A stretch of DNA of 64,000 nt from Somniosus microcephalus (taxonomy: Eukaryota): positions 8,370,001 through 8,434,000 of the forward strand of contig CM126228.1 in the NCBI GenBank assembly GCA_052327205.1, given 5' to 3'. The position numbers and the translations under genes are program-made. Under the pieces are notes generated by a model. That model had not been told where the DNA came from. It made no database searches and saw only the letters and a program-made list of their open reading frames with translations. The number at the start of each line of letters is the position of its first letter. Position 1 is the stretch's first letter. Positions 12,440 to 26,445 of this stretch are shown piece after piece.

Positions 12440-12880
12440 ATACACCATCTTAGATTAACAGCACTCCCTTAGCTAAATTGCTAGAAATGTAAGTTCCAGT
12501 GATGTAAGATTATTAATAATTAAGGACTAATTGGGAAATCACTTCCGAGCTTTTTAGTCTCTTTTGCCTCTGACACTTGCTATTAATGAACAGCAACGAT
12601 GGATGATTACTGTGGGGCTGCATCTATTGCCATTAAATATTTACAATCAGTTTGGGCCTTTAGCTAATAGGTGAAAGCTTAGGCTTTGCTGAGCTTTACA
12701 TTATGGAAATATCAACTGCAATTAACACAAACTTTCTCTGCAAGATGATAATTATCCCATGAAAACAATTTCACTGTAAATATTGAAAGCAACCCCACTC
12801 TCAAGATACTCGTGCAAGTGGTTTACAGGAGCTTTAATTGTAGAATGCAATTATTCACTAGGTTAATGAATAAGTGTGGT
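12440..12880. promoter_or_regulatory. Candidate conserved non-coding element (enhancer-like)
   Basis: Unique AT-rich block between repeats, dense in TAAT/ATTA cores; contains TGGGAAA and ACAAT motifs. Conservation not tested. Confidence 0.35.
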
Positions 12881-13448
12881 TAAATATCACTGCTTGCAAT
12901 ATCCAGCAGCTGTTACTGTATGTTTAAGGGGGTCTGCGTGGGGGTCTGTGTTTTATTCTCTGCCTCACCCCCCAGATTGTCTCACTCCCTCTTCTGTGGG
13001 TGCACAGTCTTGTTGGGCTACAGTCTCGCCAACACTGGCAACCCTCCGCTACTTCTCCCAAGCGACCGCTCTTCATGTGGGAGCTGAGATAGTGAGTGTC
13101 AGCAGGCTATTTGGCTGTGAAGGGCATCACAACCAAGCCCGCTATGTTCTCACCCATGCATACTTGTCCAGTACAAGCTATTGGGTGGCTGCTTTCCTCC
13201 ATGCTCCTTAGCCCAGGGCGCTGAGTCCAATTGTAGCATCTTTGCTGCAGTCCTGGCATTTGGGGGATTGAACTTGGTACCTTTTTGACTGTAATGGCTT
13301 AGTACCACCCTGGGCAGTCTACCTGCAAAGCCATTGGGGAAGGAATGCTTTGCTCCTTCATCATCTATTAAACTACTGCAGTTGATCCCGTAGCAAGTGT
13401 CAACTGCTCCACTTACATGCTGTCTAATTATAAAATACTTGCCCCATG

Positions 13449-13912
13449 TGTCAGCCGTGGCTGAGTTGGTAACACCACCCCCCCCCCCCCGAGTCAGAAG
13501 GTTGTGGGTTCAAGTCCCACTCCAGGGACTTGAGCACAAAAATCTAGGCTGACACTCCACTACAGTACTGAGGGAGTGCTGCTCTGTCGGAGGTGCTGTC
13601 TTTCGGATGCAATGTTAAACTGAGGGCCTGTCTACTCTCTCGGGTGGATATAAAAGATCCCATAGCACTATTTTGAAGAAGTTCTTCCCCGGTGTCCTGG
13701 GCCAATATTTATCCCTCAATTATCATCACTAAAACAGATTATCTGATCATTATCTCATGGCTGTTTGTGAGAGCTTGCTGTGTGCAGATTGGCTGCCGCA
13801 TTTCCTACATTACAACAGTGACTACACTTCAAAAAGTACTTCATTGGCTGTAAAGCACTTTGGGACATCCGGTGGTCATGAAAGGCGCTATAAAAATGCA
13901 AGTTTTTCTTTT
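13449..13912 (+). mobile_element. Full-length tRNA-derived Deu-domain SINE (SacSINE1-like)
   Basis: A box TGGCTGAGTTGG, B box GGTTCAAGTCC, Deu-like core (gtctttcggatg..aaagatccca..ccggtgtcctgg), tail aaaggcgctata.aaatgcaagt. Confidence 0.88.
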
Positions 13913-16354
13913 CATACAGGGCATTAACAACATGAGCTGCAGTAGACACAGGAAGGCACTTGCAAAATTCCTGCGCGTGCAAAACCCTCAAATGATCATT
14001 TCTGCATGGTTAAAGATACCGGAACTAGAATATCTCAAAAACTGGATAGGGACACCAGGCAGACACCTTGTTCTATCTCTGTGTTCTCGCTAATCTGCTC
14101 GTCTGTAGTGCCAGGCTGATACCATCTAGAAAAGTTGACAATATTTTCTTAAGTTGTAATCTTTTCTCACTGGTTCATTTATATGGCAGTCTGTCCTTTT
14201 CCGTATAGAATCAGAATTATGCAGGTTTTGTGTTTGTGAAGTTTTGGCACTATACTATATTTACTATATTTCTCACACCAAAAGCAATCAAATAAATTGA
14301 TCAATTTACTAGAGCTTAATCTTGGATTAGCCATGATCAACCATGATCGCATTGAATGGCGGAACAGGCTCGAGGGGCCGAATGGCCTACTCCTGCTCCT
14401 ATCTTCTATGTTTCTATGTTTCCCTTTTTAAAAAATATATATATATAAAGCTGTCTTATTAATGTAAATATGGCTTGTTACTTGTAAGTAAATGAGTTTT
14501 TTAAATAATATTTCATCCTGTTAGGTCTCCTTGTTTTGGCTGTTTAAAGCTAATTAATGAAAATCAGTTCCCAGCCTTAACAGAACAGCGCTGTAATTCA
14601 TTCCAGTTCTCACTCACTCACTCACCATAGAATTCATGATTTATTTCACAGAATCACAAGGAAGAGAACTTCAATGTCTCTAACCAGAGCCAGGAATGAT
14701 CCTCAAAGGAGCAGAACCGCCTACTCGAGTCTCCAGAATCCTGCCCAGATTTTGCATCAACCCATCTCAAAAAGGTGGAAAGTTACTGGTCCAGGTGCGT
14801 GTCTTATTTCTACCTATTTTGATACTTGTTTGTGTCTCCATCTCTCTCTTCCTGTTTTCTAAAGTTACAATAAGGAGTTTCTTAAATGATTTATTAATAA
14901 TGAAAGACTGGTGGAACTCACTGGCCGGAGAATGAGAATACTTAAAAAAACAGATCGGGAACTTTTCAATTAGATCTTAAGGGGTAAGAAGGGGAGAGGG
15001 GAAGATCTCACCAAAGATAATCTTAGAAGGGGGATGCATTCTCCAGGTTACTGTCGAGGACAAACTAGATGTGAATTTAAGCAGCTCTTTGAGAAAGGTG
15101 TTTTAGCAGAAAAGCCCCGTCCTCATTCCCCAAATGTATTTCATTCCGAAAATTCCTGGTCAGGGCAACTCATTCCTGCAATAAAGAGAGGGACCAAACT
15201 TGCAAAGGTTTGCCGCAATTGAAATGACTGAATATATATTAATATTAATATTATATCCGTAGAGAACCGCGCTCTAAATGACTGAACTAACTTTAGTTTG
15301 TGAAAAGTAAATTGGGGGGAGGGGGCTGATTTCAAGCTGGGGTTTGATAGCATTAAAACAGGAGACCCCCCCCCCCCTCCCGAAACATTGAAAAATAAAT
15401 TCAGGATCTGAATTGTGGGGCCCAGCTGTCGATAGAGGATCTGTCTGTCCCGGGAGCGCGTTGTTTCGCTCTCACACACTCTGTTACAAACACAGACTGC
15501 TTTGAAGATGCGACTTGGGAGGACCCTTCTGATCTCCATTCGCCAGTCACACTGAGACTGTTAAAGCTCTGGAAAGAACTGCTGTTTGACTTAATCGATA
15601 ACCCTGTGTCTATCGATTGCTTAAATTTCATTTTGCAAATCCAGTTACCCTAAAACAGCGGGGTAATTGATTAAAAAATAGGCAGATTTAGAGTCGGAGT
15701 AACATTAAGTCGCTTTGCGGGAGGTAATAGAAACTTCGACCCAACGTCCTGCAGCAGTGTAAACATTATGGGGATTATTATATTCTAAGGAGATCACTAT
15801 ACAGTGACTTTATGGAACATTATTAATAAACAGTTTATTAAGCATTGCCATCTTGAGACGTGGTTTGGGAGGTGTCTCCCTGGCTTAGGTTGCAGTGTTT
15901 GTGTCACAAGGACGGTGCAGGATGAGATATAGGGACTCTCCTGAAGAACCTTGACCCTTCTTTCTTCACCTCCTTGCTATCCATCAGAACCAGGAATCTG
16001 GTCACAGAGCGGGGAGCGAGGAGGTAGCAGTGGTGGTGACAGGAGCTGCCTATGGACCCGTCCGTGTATCCACCCTAAGTAACGTGCATTAAAAAAAAAA
16101 ATATATATATATAACTAATGTATTTATAGTTGAATATGTCTCAGCCCCTTTAGATGATCTGCCTCGCTCCCTATTGAGAATACAACCTTTAGCCTTCTTT
16201 CTGCCCACTCGCATCAATCGGTGAAGAAAATCACATCGCCAAACTAGCAATTCCGAAATTAACTCCTTGTTACCAAATGAATGATTGAATTCTATTTAAC
16301 ACACTTCAGCCCACGAAAATAAAGAGTCCAAGTAAGTATTGACCTGGGTTAAAA

Positions 16355-16830
16355 TTGCACCTGTTTCCCCCCTTCTCTTCTGTTGCTCATTTAGCTCCCG
16401 TTTCACAATCTATCCAGTCTATTTGCCAGGGCCTGACCTTTGCAAGCCCATCCAACTTCATTAGCAGATCGGGTCATCCAAACTGTGCCAGGCATGTAAA
16501 CAGCCATTAAAGGGATTCTTTTATCAATAGCCAGTAATTAAAATGTCAACGTTTAATTTTCAGTAGACTCCCATTCTCTTGGAGCAATCTTTCCCCTTAA
16601 TAAGACTGTAATCGAAGAGAGAGAAAACCTACAGAGAGAGGGAGAGGGAGAGAGAAGGGGATCTAATGTATGGGGCTGTTCAATCGATACAACAGTGAAT
16701 TGATCTGCCTCTGAAATTAAATTTATTGGGGTCATGGTTGTATTTGCTGCTGATACAACGGTTAAATGGAGAACATTCATTTTGAATACCAGCGTTTATT
16801 AAACTTCCACTGAATTAGACCGCCGTGATT
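16355..16830. promoter_or_regulatory. Candidate conserved non-coding element (enhancer-like)
   Basis: Non-repetitive; TGACCTTTG (nuclear receptor), TGTAAACA (FOX), ATCAATA and AATCGATA (ONECUT), TAATTA motifs. Confidence 0.4.
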
Positions 16831-17169
16831 TATGTTGCAATCTAGCTCGCAGCCCTCCAGGAACGGAGAGTTGCTTTTTTTTTATATGACACGGCTTTGT
16901 AAGTTTTAACCGAAAAAAAATAATTCGCCCGTCTGCTCCCAAAGTAAAGCTGCTGCATATGGCTGGGGGGGTGGGGGGTGCTGAGTCTTGGGAAGAAGGT
17001 GTTGACTCCAGTCCCAAACACGTTGGCTCCTCTCCAGACACAGCCAAAAAAAAATCCCTTAAAGGGACGAGTCCCATCGCTATGCCACTGGAATGGGTTT
17101 TTTTGGCGGGGGGATTAAATATATGGCCACCCCCCGGCTCCTTGTGGGATGTGGTGTTATTTAACCCTT

Positions 17170-17470
17170 CACACACACACACACACACACACACTCACAG
17201 GGACCACTGTCTCCACACAGACCTACTCGGAGTCTGAGTACTCACTGACCCAATATACACATACTGATATACACACCGACACTCCAAAACAAACTGTACT
17301 AGTCCTGTATATGCACACTGATCTATATATACACCGATCCCCCTCTCTCTCTCTCTCTCTAAATATATATATATATACCGACTCTTAATAAACAAACTTC
17401 TATTCCTCTATATAATCACTGTCCCTCTCTATATATGTATCTATATATAATATATCGACTCTCTATATAC
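17170..17470. repeat. (CA)n, (CT)n, (TA)n compound microsatellite region
   Basis: Directly visible; a GT-rich tract also lies at ~17900-18205. Confidence 0.85.
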
Positions 17471-20055
17471 AGCCTCTACAATTAGTCATTTATGCATATA
17501 CTTAGATTATCACAAACTCACGACACACACTTATTTTCGGGGCCAATATTTGATGCTGAGTGAATATGTCAAATTCAGTTCTTACTATACGGGATACCAG
17601 GATTTAAACGATGTTTTTGGGATCGGATTGCTTTCGTCTCGTCCACCCCCCCCCCCCCCCCCCCACCTCGTAAAACCGTAAATTAATGGTTTTAATTATT
17701 TTAATTTGCTGCAATTTAAAACAAAATTTTCCAGTGATCTATTCATCGATAAGTTAAAATAAAAGAGATGGCAATAGGATAGCAGATCCTGCGTTTTGTT
17801 TTAATGTCAGATGTGCAGCGTTAGTGGTTCTCTTATCCTATTGTTAATTGATTTCTGGAACATGTGAATTAAAAATTGGATCGAGGATTAGCGGAACCCC
17901 AGAGAGTGTGTGCGAGCGTGTGGTAGTGTCTGTGATTGCGACTTCTGTGCTGGTCAGTGTGAATGTGTGAGCGCACGAGTGTGTGTGAGCGAGTGAGCTT
18001 GGAAGGGTGAGTATGTGAAGGCGAGAAAGTTAGGTGTGCAGAAGTGAGAGTGTAAATTTGTGGGTAAATGAATTGGAGTGAGTGCAGGTGTGAGTGTAAA
18101 TGAGTGTACGAGTGCAGGCACGTGTTTTAACACCATTGAGTCTGAATACATGAGTGTGTGTGAGAAAGTATAGTGAGTGTGAGTGCAGGGGTGTGTGTGT
18201 GTAAGGGGCGGGGTGAAACACACAACCTGATTAATGCACTTTTAATACATGCCAACCAGCTCTGTCACGAACAGATTGCACTAATAGTGTAAACCATCAG
18301 ACATCAATCTACATTTATATAGCGCCTTTAACGCAAAATAAACGTCCCAAGGCGCTTCACAGAAGCCTAATCAGACAAACATTGACAGCAAGCCAAGGAG
18401 ATATACCTATCCCACACCGCATTATAATCCTTCGGTACCTTAATCCTTGGAAAAGGGAGTGTGATGTAGAATTTAAAATATTTTATCTAAAAAAAACAAG
18501 TTGATTGTGCACTCTTTAAATGGCAGTCTTCACCTCGAATTATACCGCGCCTTCTCGAGTTCAACGCGCAATTAATAAATAATCAGGTATCATATTTAAT
18601 AATTACCAAAAATAACATTGGTAGATAATATTATTTTGACAATTACTACTAATTTGATGCGGGGGGATGAAAGAGAATGGCAGAAAGTGCCAGTGTTGCC
18701 CGGTATCTGTCTCACAGGGTCCTTTGAGTGGATGTGTTGGGGAAAGGTGCTATTGTGGTTAGGGGGATATGTGTAAATATTCCAACAACCTTCTAATCCC
18801 TCTTAATGCTACAGTCCCTGACTGCTACTTAAGGACTTCCATCCAACATGGAATTGAGCGGTTCTGTGATGTCCAGTGTTGTGGTTCGGGGAGGAAGCGG
18901 GTTTGCAATTCAAATGCACCTATATTTTAAAAAAAGTGGACGGTGAAATTATGGTCCGCGAAATTAGAGAAGTGCTGGTCAAATCCGGGAGCGTTTTGGG
19001 TGGGGAAGGAAATGCAATAATGGAAGGGACTGAGTTTGTAGATGCTCACGAGTCTAATACAATCATTACAGAATGCAAACTTGTCTATCTTCACTGAGGA
19101 ACGCTTTATGTAACATTCTTTTCTGTTCTGAAAGGAACGAGCTGGGAATGTATCGTGTACATGAGGTTTTAAATAGAGCCTGTACCACACTGAAAGGGAT
19201 GGGCTGTTTGATGCCAGCCTCATCTCAGCCATTGCAATGCAACTTTGTCTGTAATGAGACGGGTTGTAGGTTGAAGGGGTTCTCATTGCAGCAGGAGGCT
19301 ATGCTGAATTCCCCAATTTCTCGTCCACACTGATTATTTTGTAAGGTTTTGGGAGGCGAGGATTGCGAATCCTGCAGTTGGAGTTAAAGGCGTGTCATTG
19401 CTGAGGATGCAGGAGTTTAGAGAATTGTCCATTCCAAGTTACAAACTGGTCCACCTGAGAATGACCAGGGACATTAAGACCCTTTTTGGAATGACTAAAT
19501 ATTTTTTTTAACTCAGACGTTGTAAAATCCATACACACAGAGCAAAAACCACACACATAGACACTCTCTCTCTCTCTCTCTCACACACACATCTGATAAA
19601 CACAAATGGACAGACTTGGGTGAATGAGGTTAGCCCAGTTGGAGAAAATTATCTATGGGACTGGCTCCTTTAGTTTTCCTGAAAACAGCAGGAGGCAAAG
19701 AATATACAAGGAGAGGGTCAACTTAATATTTTTACAGCTTGATTCTGGAATAGAATAGATTGTCCTTGTATGCAAACAAGTATTGCATTTTGAGTAAGTC
19801 AAAGGTATTATCCTGATGTGGCCATGGTTTTAAGTTATACCTTTGTTGGTGGTAAACAGAATGTTACTATTTTTAAATACTCAGTCGCACATACAAACAT
19901 ATACCAGTGAGACTACACTTACACCTCCGCACACATAACAATGGATTGAATTTCCCACAAGTATTCATAACTAACTGTAAAGGAAACAATCAGAGACAGT
20001 GTATAAATATTAGAGGTAAAGACTCGCCCTCGCACCCTCCCCATACACAGATAGC

Positions 20056-20523
20056 TGTCAGCTGTGGCTCAGTGGGTCACATTCTCGCCTCTGAGTCAGA
20101 GGTTGTGGGTTCAAGTCCCACTCCAGAGACTTGAGCTCAAAAATCCAGACTGACACTCCCAGTGCAGTGCTGAGGGAGTGCTGCACTGTCGGAGGCGCTG
20201 TCTTTCGGATGAGACGTTAAACCGAGGCCCCGTCTGCTCTCTCAGGTGGATGTAAATGATCCCATGGCACTATTTCGAAGAAGAGCGGGTGAGTTCTCCC
20301 CAGTGCCCGGGGCCAATATTTATCCCTCAACCAACATTGCTAAAAACAGATGATCTGGTCATTATCACATTGCTGTTTGTGGGAGCTTGCTGTGCACAAA
20401 TTGGCTGCCGCGTTTCCTACATTACAACAGTGACTACACTTCAAAAGTACTTAATTGGCTGTAAAGCGCTTTGGGAAGCCCTGAGGTTGTGAAAGGCGCT
20501 ATAGAAATGCAAGTCTTTCTTTC
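20056..20523 (+). mobile_element. Full-length tRNA-derived Deu-domain SINE (SacSINE1-like)
   Basis: A box TGGCTCAGTGGG, B box GGTTCAAGTCC, Deu-like core, L2-type tail ending in (CTTT)n. Confidence 0.9.
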
Positions 20524-22576
20524 TATACAGCCCCTCCCCCTATACACAACAGACCGCCCTCCCCCCAGCCGCGCAACTTTTTTATTTTCAGCAACTTCCA
20601 CTGCTCACATGGATACTTCCATTATTCACAAAATATGTCCCAGATGTTTCACTGTTAAAATCCCAAGTCCACTTTGCAGCACACATCTGGCCACACGCTG
20701 TTGGCAGATTGTTTCTTCAAGACTGCTACACACCTGTGATGTCATTAATAAAAACACACATTTGGAAAAGGGGATTTTAAAAGTTGCCGGAACCGGAACT
20801 ACCCAGCTGTAGACCTGCCCAAGGGACCGCACTCGTGAAGCCAACCATCTTCATTTTAGGTGAATTAGTAAAGCGCATAGACATTCAATGTAAGACAAGT
20901 TTACTGATATAATCGCGCATGTGTCGGATAACATCTATTTTTCTCTGTCTGAAGAATCAGATGCGGATTATTTGTACACACAGTAATTGTTGGGTTAGAG
21001 AATCAGTCTGACCCTGAACTTTTGGATGTTGGGTCTGCGTGGAGATCTCAAACGCCATCATGCGGGAATAGGTGAACAGTTCATTCTGCTGTTCCCGCAG
21101 TTAAATTATCAGCGCCTAGTTGTATAATAATAAGGCTTAATAACACACACTTAATAATTACCCTAAGGGTCAATCTTTATAAGTAACTGTGAGGCACATG
21201 GAAGCTGAGGCATAAATCTAAATAGATAGCAAATACTGCACAGTGGGCGTTTATTAAAATAGCTTCGACACTCCTCTCCCCCCACACAGCAGTAAACTAC
21301 AAGAAGTCCATTAGATCTCACTCAGAATCAGATTATTCCCATTGAAGTTTACAGTGATCTGTACTTGCATTTTTACATAGAATTGACAGCACAGAAACAG
21401 GCCATTCGGCCCAACTGGTCTGTGCTGGGGTTTATGCTTCACACGAGCCTCCTCCCACCTTACTTCATCTCACCCCATCTGCATGTCCTTCTAGTCCTTC
21501 CTCCCGCCTGTACTTACCTTGCTTCGCCTTAAATGCATAAAATACTTGTATGAAGACTGATACAAGTCTCCCAACCAGCACCAGTATGGATCATTGGATT
21601 GAGATGATCGTGCACTCTTGCTGATGTTTGTGCTCCCCACCCTCCGTTGTCTATTTTTCACCTTGTGGCCAACAGTAGCACCTGGGACACTCCCACAGCA
21701 ACGAAAAGTTTCACCCCAGGTTTGGTGTTTGTTAAATTCAAACTTACAGCTGGAAATATTGAAACAAAATTAAAGTCAGGTTTCATGGAATTGCCACAGA
21801 AGGCAAGTTCGTGTTTAGGTGTAGTTTCCTACATCACAACAGCGACTACACTTCGAAAGTGCTTCATTGGTTGTAAAGCGCTTTGGGGCGTCCTGAGGTC
21901 GCGAAAGGCGCTATATAAATCCAAGTTCTTTCCTTTCTTAGTTTGAAAACGGCGTAACTCTGACATTGCCTGCACCCTCCAGGTACGGAGAGACTGATGG
22001 ATGTTTCATTTCAGACACAGAATATATAGGTTTACCTTTAACTAACTGTAAAAGCCATCACTAGGATTCCGTGCATTGGTCATTGGTGGACTGTTAAACC
22101 ACAAAGTGCAGTCACAACATCATTGGATGCAGTCATGTTTTCTCTGCTTTCAAGTTTATGTACGAGTCCCAGGCAGTTATTAAAATACATATTGTGTTCT
22201 CTGATGCCCGGAGTCCCGCTTGCAGCTTTGCAGTTCCCACAGACAGCACGGCGTCTAAGAGATGCATTTTTTCTGTCCAAAAATACTCGAATTCCCATTT
22301 TAACACTGCAACAATAAGCGCTGCGGTTAATTCATAAGGACAGAATAAAGAAGCGTCGCGTTTGAAAGGGGGAGGGGTGCAAACAGGGAATACTGAAGTC
22401 AGCTGTCTTTAAAGAAGCAACGGCTTCTGCCAGCCAAGTAACTTTGTGCTCGGTGTTTGCGCTATGGTGGGATTTAGCACAAGAGAAACACAGGAAGCAA
22501 CCTGTTTGGTACATGGCTGAAGGTGCGTTGGACTTCGGAGTTTACGTACTGGTGTGTATATTTGTACTTAGCGAAA

Positions 22577-22965
22577 GTGTGTGTGTGAGTGTGTTTGTGG
22601 TGTGAATGTGTGTGAGAGTGAGTGTGTGAGTGAGTGAGTGTGTTTGTGGTGTGAGGGTGTGTGAGAGAGTATGAGTGAGTGTGTGAGTGAGTGTGTGTGT
22701 GAGTGTGTGTGTGAGTGAGTGTGAATGTGTGTGTGAGTGAGTGAGTGTGTTTGTGGTGTGAGGGTGTGNNNNNNNNNNNNNNNNNNNNNNNNNNNNNNNN
22801 NNNNNNNNNNNNNNNNNNNNNNNNNNNNNNNNNNNNNNNNNNNNNNNNNNNNNNNNNNNNNNNNNNNNNNNNNNNNNNNNNNNNNNNNNNNNNNNNNNNN
22901 NNNNNNNNNNNNNNNNNNNNNNNGTGTGAGTGAGAGTGAGTGTGTGAGAGTGAGAGTGAGTGAGA
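22577..22965. repeat. (GT/GAGT)n compound microsatellite spanning an assembly gap
   Basis: Directly visible on both sides of the N run. Confidence 0.92.
22769..22923. other. Assembly gap (155 N)
   Basis: Run of N. Confidence 1.
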
Positions 22966-23099
22966 TAGACTGTGCGAGAATTGGTGCTTAATAGCACTCA
23001 ACTCAAAGGGAAAGTCGGCAATATTATGATTAAATAAACCAGTTTTAAAGTCTGGTATTAACTGCAGGCTTAACAGCTAAAACCAAACGTCTTTTGCTA

Positions 23100-23420
23100 T
23101 TCCCTGAAATACCAGTTTTTATTCCTCCACCTGTGCGAGCCCCGCCGTTAGATGTGTACAGTGTGACTGACAAACAGCCTGTACTGCAATTAACAAAGAG
23201 TAATGGACAAATCATTAATGAAATGTTCCTCTCATCCTTGCTGATCTAAAGACAGGGACTGGCAAAGTGCACGTTCCATTCAGAGACTGTGTGCCGGAGT
23301 CGAGTTGTTTTAATCTCCATCCATCTCCAATCTGCCCCGGTGCCAGCTCTGGTTTCCACACACGATGCATTTACATCAACAGTGAAAGAGCCCGAATGCG
23401 AGCCCATCCGTCCGCCCGCC
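23100..23420. promoter_or_regulatory. Candidate conserved non-coding element (enhancer-like)
   Basis: TGACTGACAA (23164-23173), AACAAAG (SOX), CATTAATG palindrome, E-box CACCTG; unique CpG-rich context. Confidence 0.35.
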
Positions 23421-24917
23421 CGCCGCCGCCGCACTCTCACGTTTCCTAACACAACAACTTTGGAAACGAACTTCGATTGACTTATGGATTGAGTGAAGGG
23501 AAAGGGTCCACAAAAGGGGGGAAGCCCACTGACTGAGATGAGATGAGTTTAGTGACAGATGGGGCCTCCTCATCCCACATAACCAACTCCATTCATATTA
23601 TTTTAAATGTTCTGGGACTGAATTCAACAGGGGTCTGGTAAGAACGTATGTTCCTTTACATTGTAAAGCAAGTTATTGATAGATTTGCTTACAGCTGCCT
23701 ATTGCAGAACAGATTGTCTCGGTATACTTTTGTTTAAAAAGGATTTTTTTGGTTAAAATAAAAACAGAGAGAATTACAAATAGAGGATTGATTTACCTGC
23801 CTGTATCCGTATCGGATCCAGACACCAATACCTTTCGAGAAAGATGTGTCTTTTGTTGTTGTTAAAGTCTTAAGCAATCAGGTGGGGAACTTTTGCGGTC
23901 AGCTCGGTATTGGGACTGACATTCGCAGAGGTGCAAGCTCGCTTGAAGTGAAAGAAACACTGCGTGCGAATGCATTGCAAGGCACATTGTAGTAAGTGGA
24001 AATCTTCATTGCAAAAAGGGGAGTTGTGGCTGACATCAACATGCATGTATTTAAATAAATATAGAGGTCCCCTAAACCTTTGATCGTCGCTTGCAGCGGA
24101 TTAAGGGTGAATTATTATGCTTGAAAATATGTTTAAAAAAACAACAAACAAATCCACAACGGAATCTCTCAATGCAAAGCCCGAGTGTTGCTGCAGCTGT
24201 TACAAGGGTTGTTTCGAGTCGCGGCCTCGTCACTGGACATCCGAAGCTGAGATGACTGACTGTAGTCTAGGAATCATTGGCCTCAATGATACACTCACTC
24301 TGACCTCTGAATAATTAAAAAGCGGCGAATAATTACTGTATAAGATTCTAATTATTGAGGAGGGGACAGAGAAAGGGCTAACGTCCCCGCTACAGAAAGC
24401 TGAAACGAAACACAATATCAGGTTTACGTCGATGTTCCTTTACTCAATAAATTTTGCATTTGCTTCATGCTCCCTGAGAGAGTATCAAATCCGCGAGGTC
24501 AGTTAAACAAATACTTTTAAAAAAAAAGATAGTTAAATGTCTCCTCTATTTTGCATTTCAACAAATAGGCGATAGTTGACTTCGTGATGTGAAGTGGAAA
24601 TAGTTGGGTTTAATTATTACAGAAATTGCAATTTGCCTCCCCCCCCCCCTCCTTGAAATTCCCGTGTTTAGATGTTGTGTATAAAACACATATGGCGTGA
24701 AGAACTGCTGGCAACCCTTCCTTTAGTTCAACGCAAGTCTGCTTAACAAAAGTAATAGCTTGGGGCAGTTTCCTGGACGTTATTAAGTTCTGTTTGATTA
24801 GTGTAACTGTTCAAATTTGAATCCAGACAGTATGATTAATTACAGTTTAATTAACGTGTCCACGAAGAGCAGTAAATGGCGTCATGTTGCAAAAACAAAA
24901 AGAGAGACAACGCCTGA

Positions 24918-24946
24918 AGATAGATAGATAGATAGATAGAGAGATA
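24918..24946. repeat. (GATA)n microsatellite
   Basis: Directly visible. Confidence 0.9.
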
Positions 24947-26189
24947 ATACACGTTTCCAAAGAGGAAACTCCAAACCTAGAGTCTTCGATGTGTAACAAG
25001 CAAGTAGGAGATTGAGGTGATTAGACCTTGCTAACAGAGGTTGGATATGTACCGATTATACCCACAATATATTCCTAAAGCTCTGAGGTTTTTCAAAACA
25101 TTGAATTGTAAATATAAACATTGCAGTTATTTTTTCAAAATTACTATCATATAAAGTATCCACTTCACATTCAGAAATTTGTTACAGCCTCCGTTTACTC
25201 GTCACGTTTCTATCGGTCTGTCTCTCTTTACATCACACATTAGCTCGAGTGTGTTTCCACGTTATATATACCCTGATAAAATGACTTTGCATTCGCGTTA
25301 GCACAGACCCAACACACATGTACAGCATTGCCCTCTTTAGAAAATAACTGCGTTTTACACCCGGTTTTAGGAGCCAACTAAAATTGGATCTTTAAAACGG
25401 GTAATAATTTCAGGAAAATGTATTTAGAAGTCTCGAAGACGATGCCAGACTAGAGCCATTGAAAGCGCAGTTGTGTCCCCAGTAGGGCTAAATGATGGTT
25501 ATTGATCAGGTTATAAATAGTTAATAGAGTCAGCATTGCGTTACACCACTTACCGCAGAATATTGCACAAATATATCAGAGTGTTTATGTACACAGACCA
25601 GCATCAGCCCTACCACACGTCGCAAGCAGGCTGGCGTTTAAAGCCACATTAAAGGAGCGGAGGCAGACCATCATTTTCAACTGGAAGACTAAGTTATATC
25701 TTACAGCGATTTTAATTGCGTGACTCCCAATCTCCACACAAACTTTAGCGCAGCATTTCCCTTTTCAGGTTTTATCGCCACAACTTCCCTTTTACTAATT
25801 TCATTCCCCCTTGTTCGTGTTTGCAGCTTCGCGGCATTTTATTTTGGGTTTCAGCCTTGGATTTAATTAAAGAGAATTGCGCAAACGCGGGTGGTTCGGC
25901 GAAAGCTGCACCCGTGCAGACCAACAAAAGAAAGGCTCTCTTTAAAAAAAAAGTTTGCCCAAGGGCACAGCCGAGCGCCTGTGAGTGCGGCCCTCGGGCT
26001 GGTTCCTGATGCCAAGAGTGTTTAAAAAAAACAATCACTACATTCTGGTTTTCCTATTCGTAATTATCCCCCCCGTAACATTATTAACAGATACAAATAG
26101 GACGAATTTCATGGTGCTTATTCTTTAAAACATCAATTGATATTCCGCTTTATCAAACGTACCATGGCCTCCAATACGTGGCAATAGGG

Positions 26190-26445
26190 CTCTCTCTGCC
26201 TTGCTCTCTCTCTCTCTCGCTCTCTCTCTAGTTCTTTCTTGCTCTCTCTCTCCTGCTATCTCTCTTTCTCTCTCTGTCTTGTTCTTTATATCTCTTGCTC
26301 TCCCTCTTTCTCTCTTGCTATCTCTCTCTTTTTCTCTCTTGCTCTCTGTCTTGTTCTTTATATCTCTTGCTCTCCCTCTTTCTTGCTCTCCCTCTTTCTC
26401 TCTTGCTCTCTCTCTCTCTCTTGCTCCCTCTCACACTCTCTCTTC
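26190..26445. repeat. (CT)n-rich polypyrimidine tract upstream of the putative promoter
   Basis: Contains an internal duplication of ctctctgtcttgttctttatatctcttgctctccctctt. Confidence 0.9.

Noticed and set aside
16358-16372. PTF1A-RBPJ composite site (CACCTG + TTTCCC)
   Set aside because: The E-box and TC-box are directly adjacent, lacking the roughly one-helical-turn spacing required.
20056-20130. tRNA gene (A and B boxes)
   Set aside because: It is the head of a SINE and continues directly into the Deu core; the same applies at 13449, 60580 and 62496.
22474-23001. His/Thr-rich ORFs
   Set aside because: Microsatellite plus N gap.
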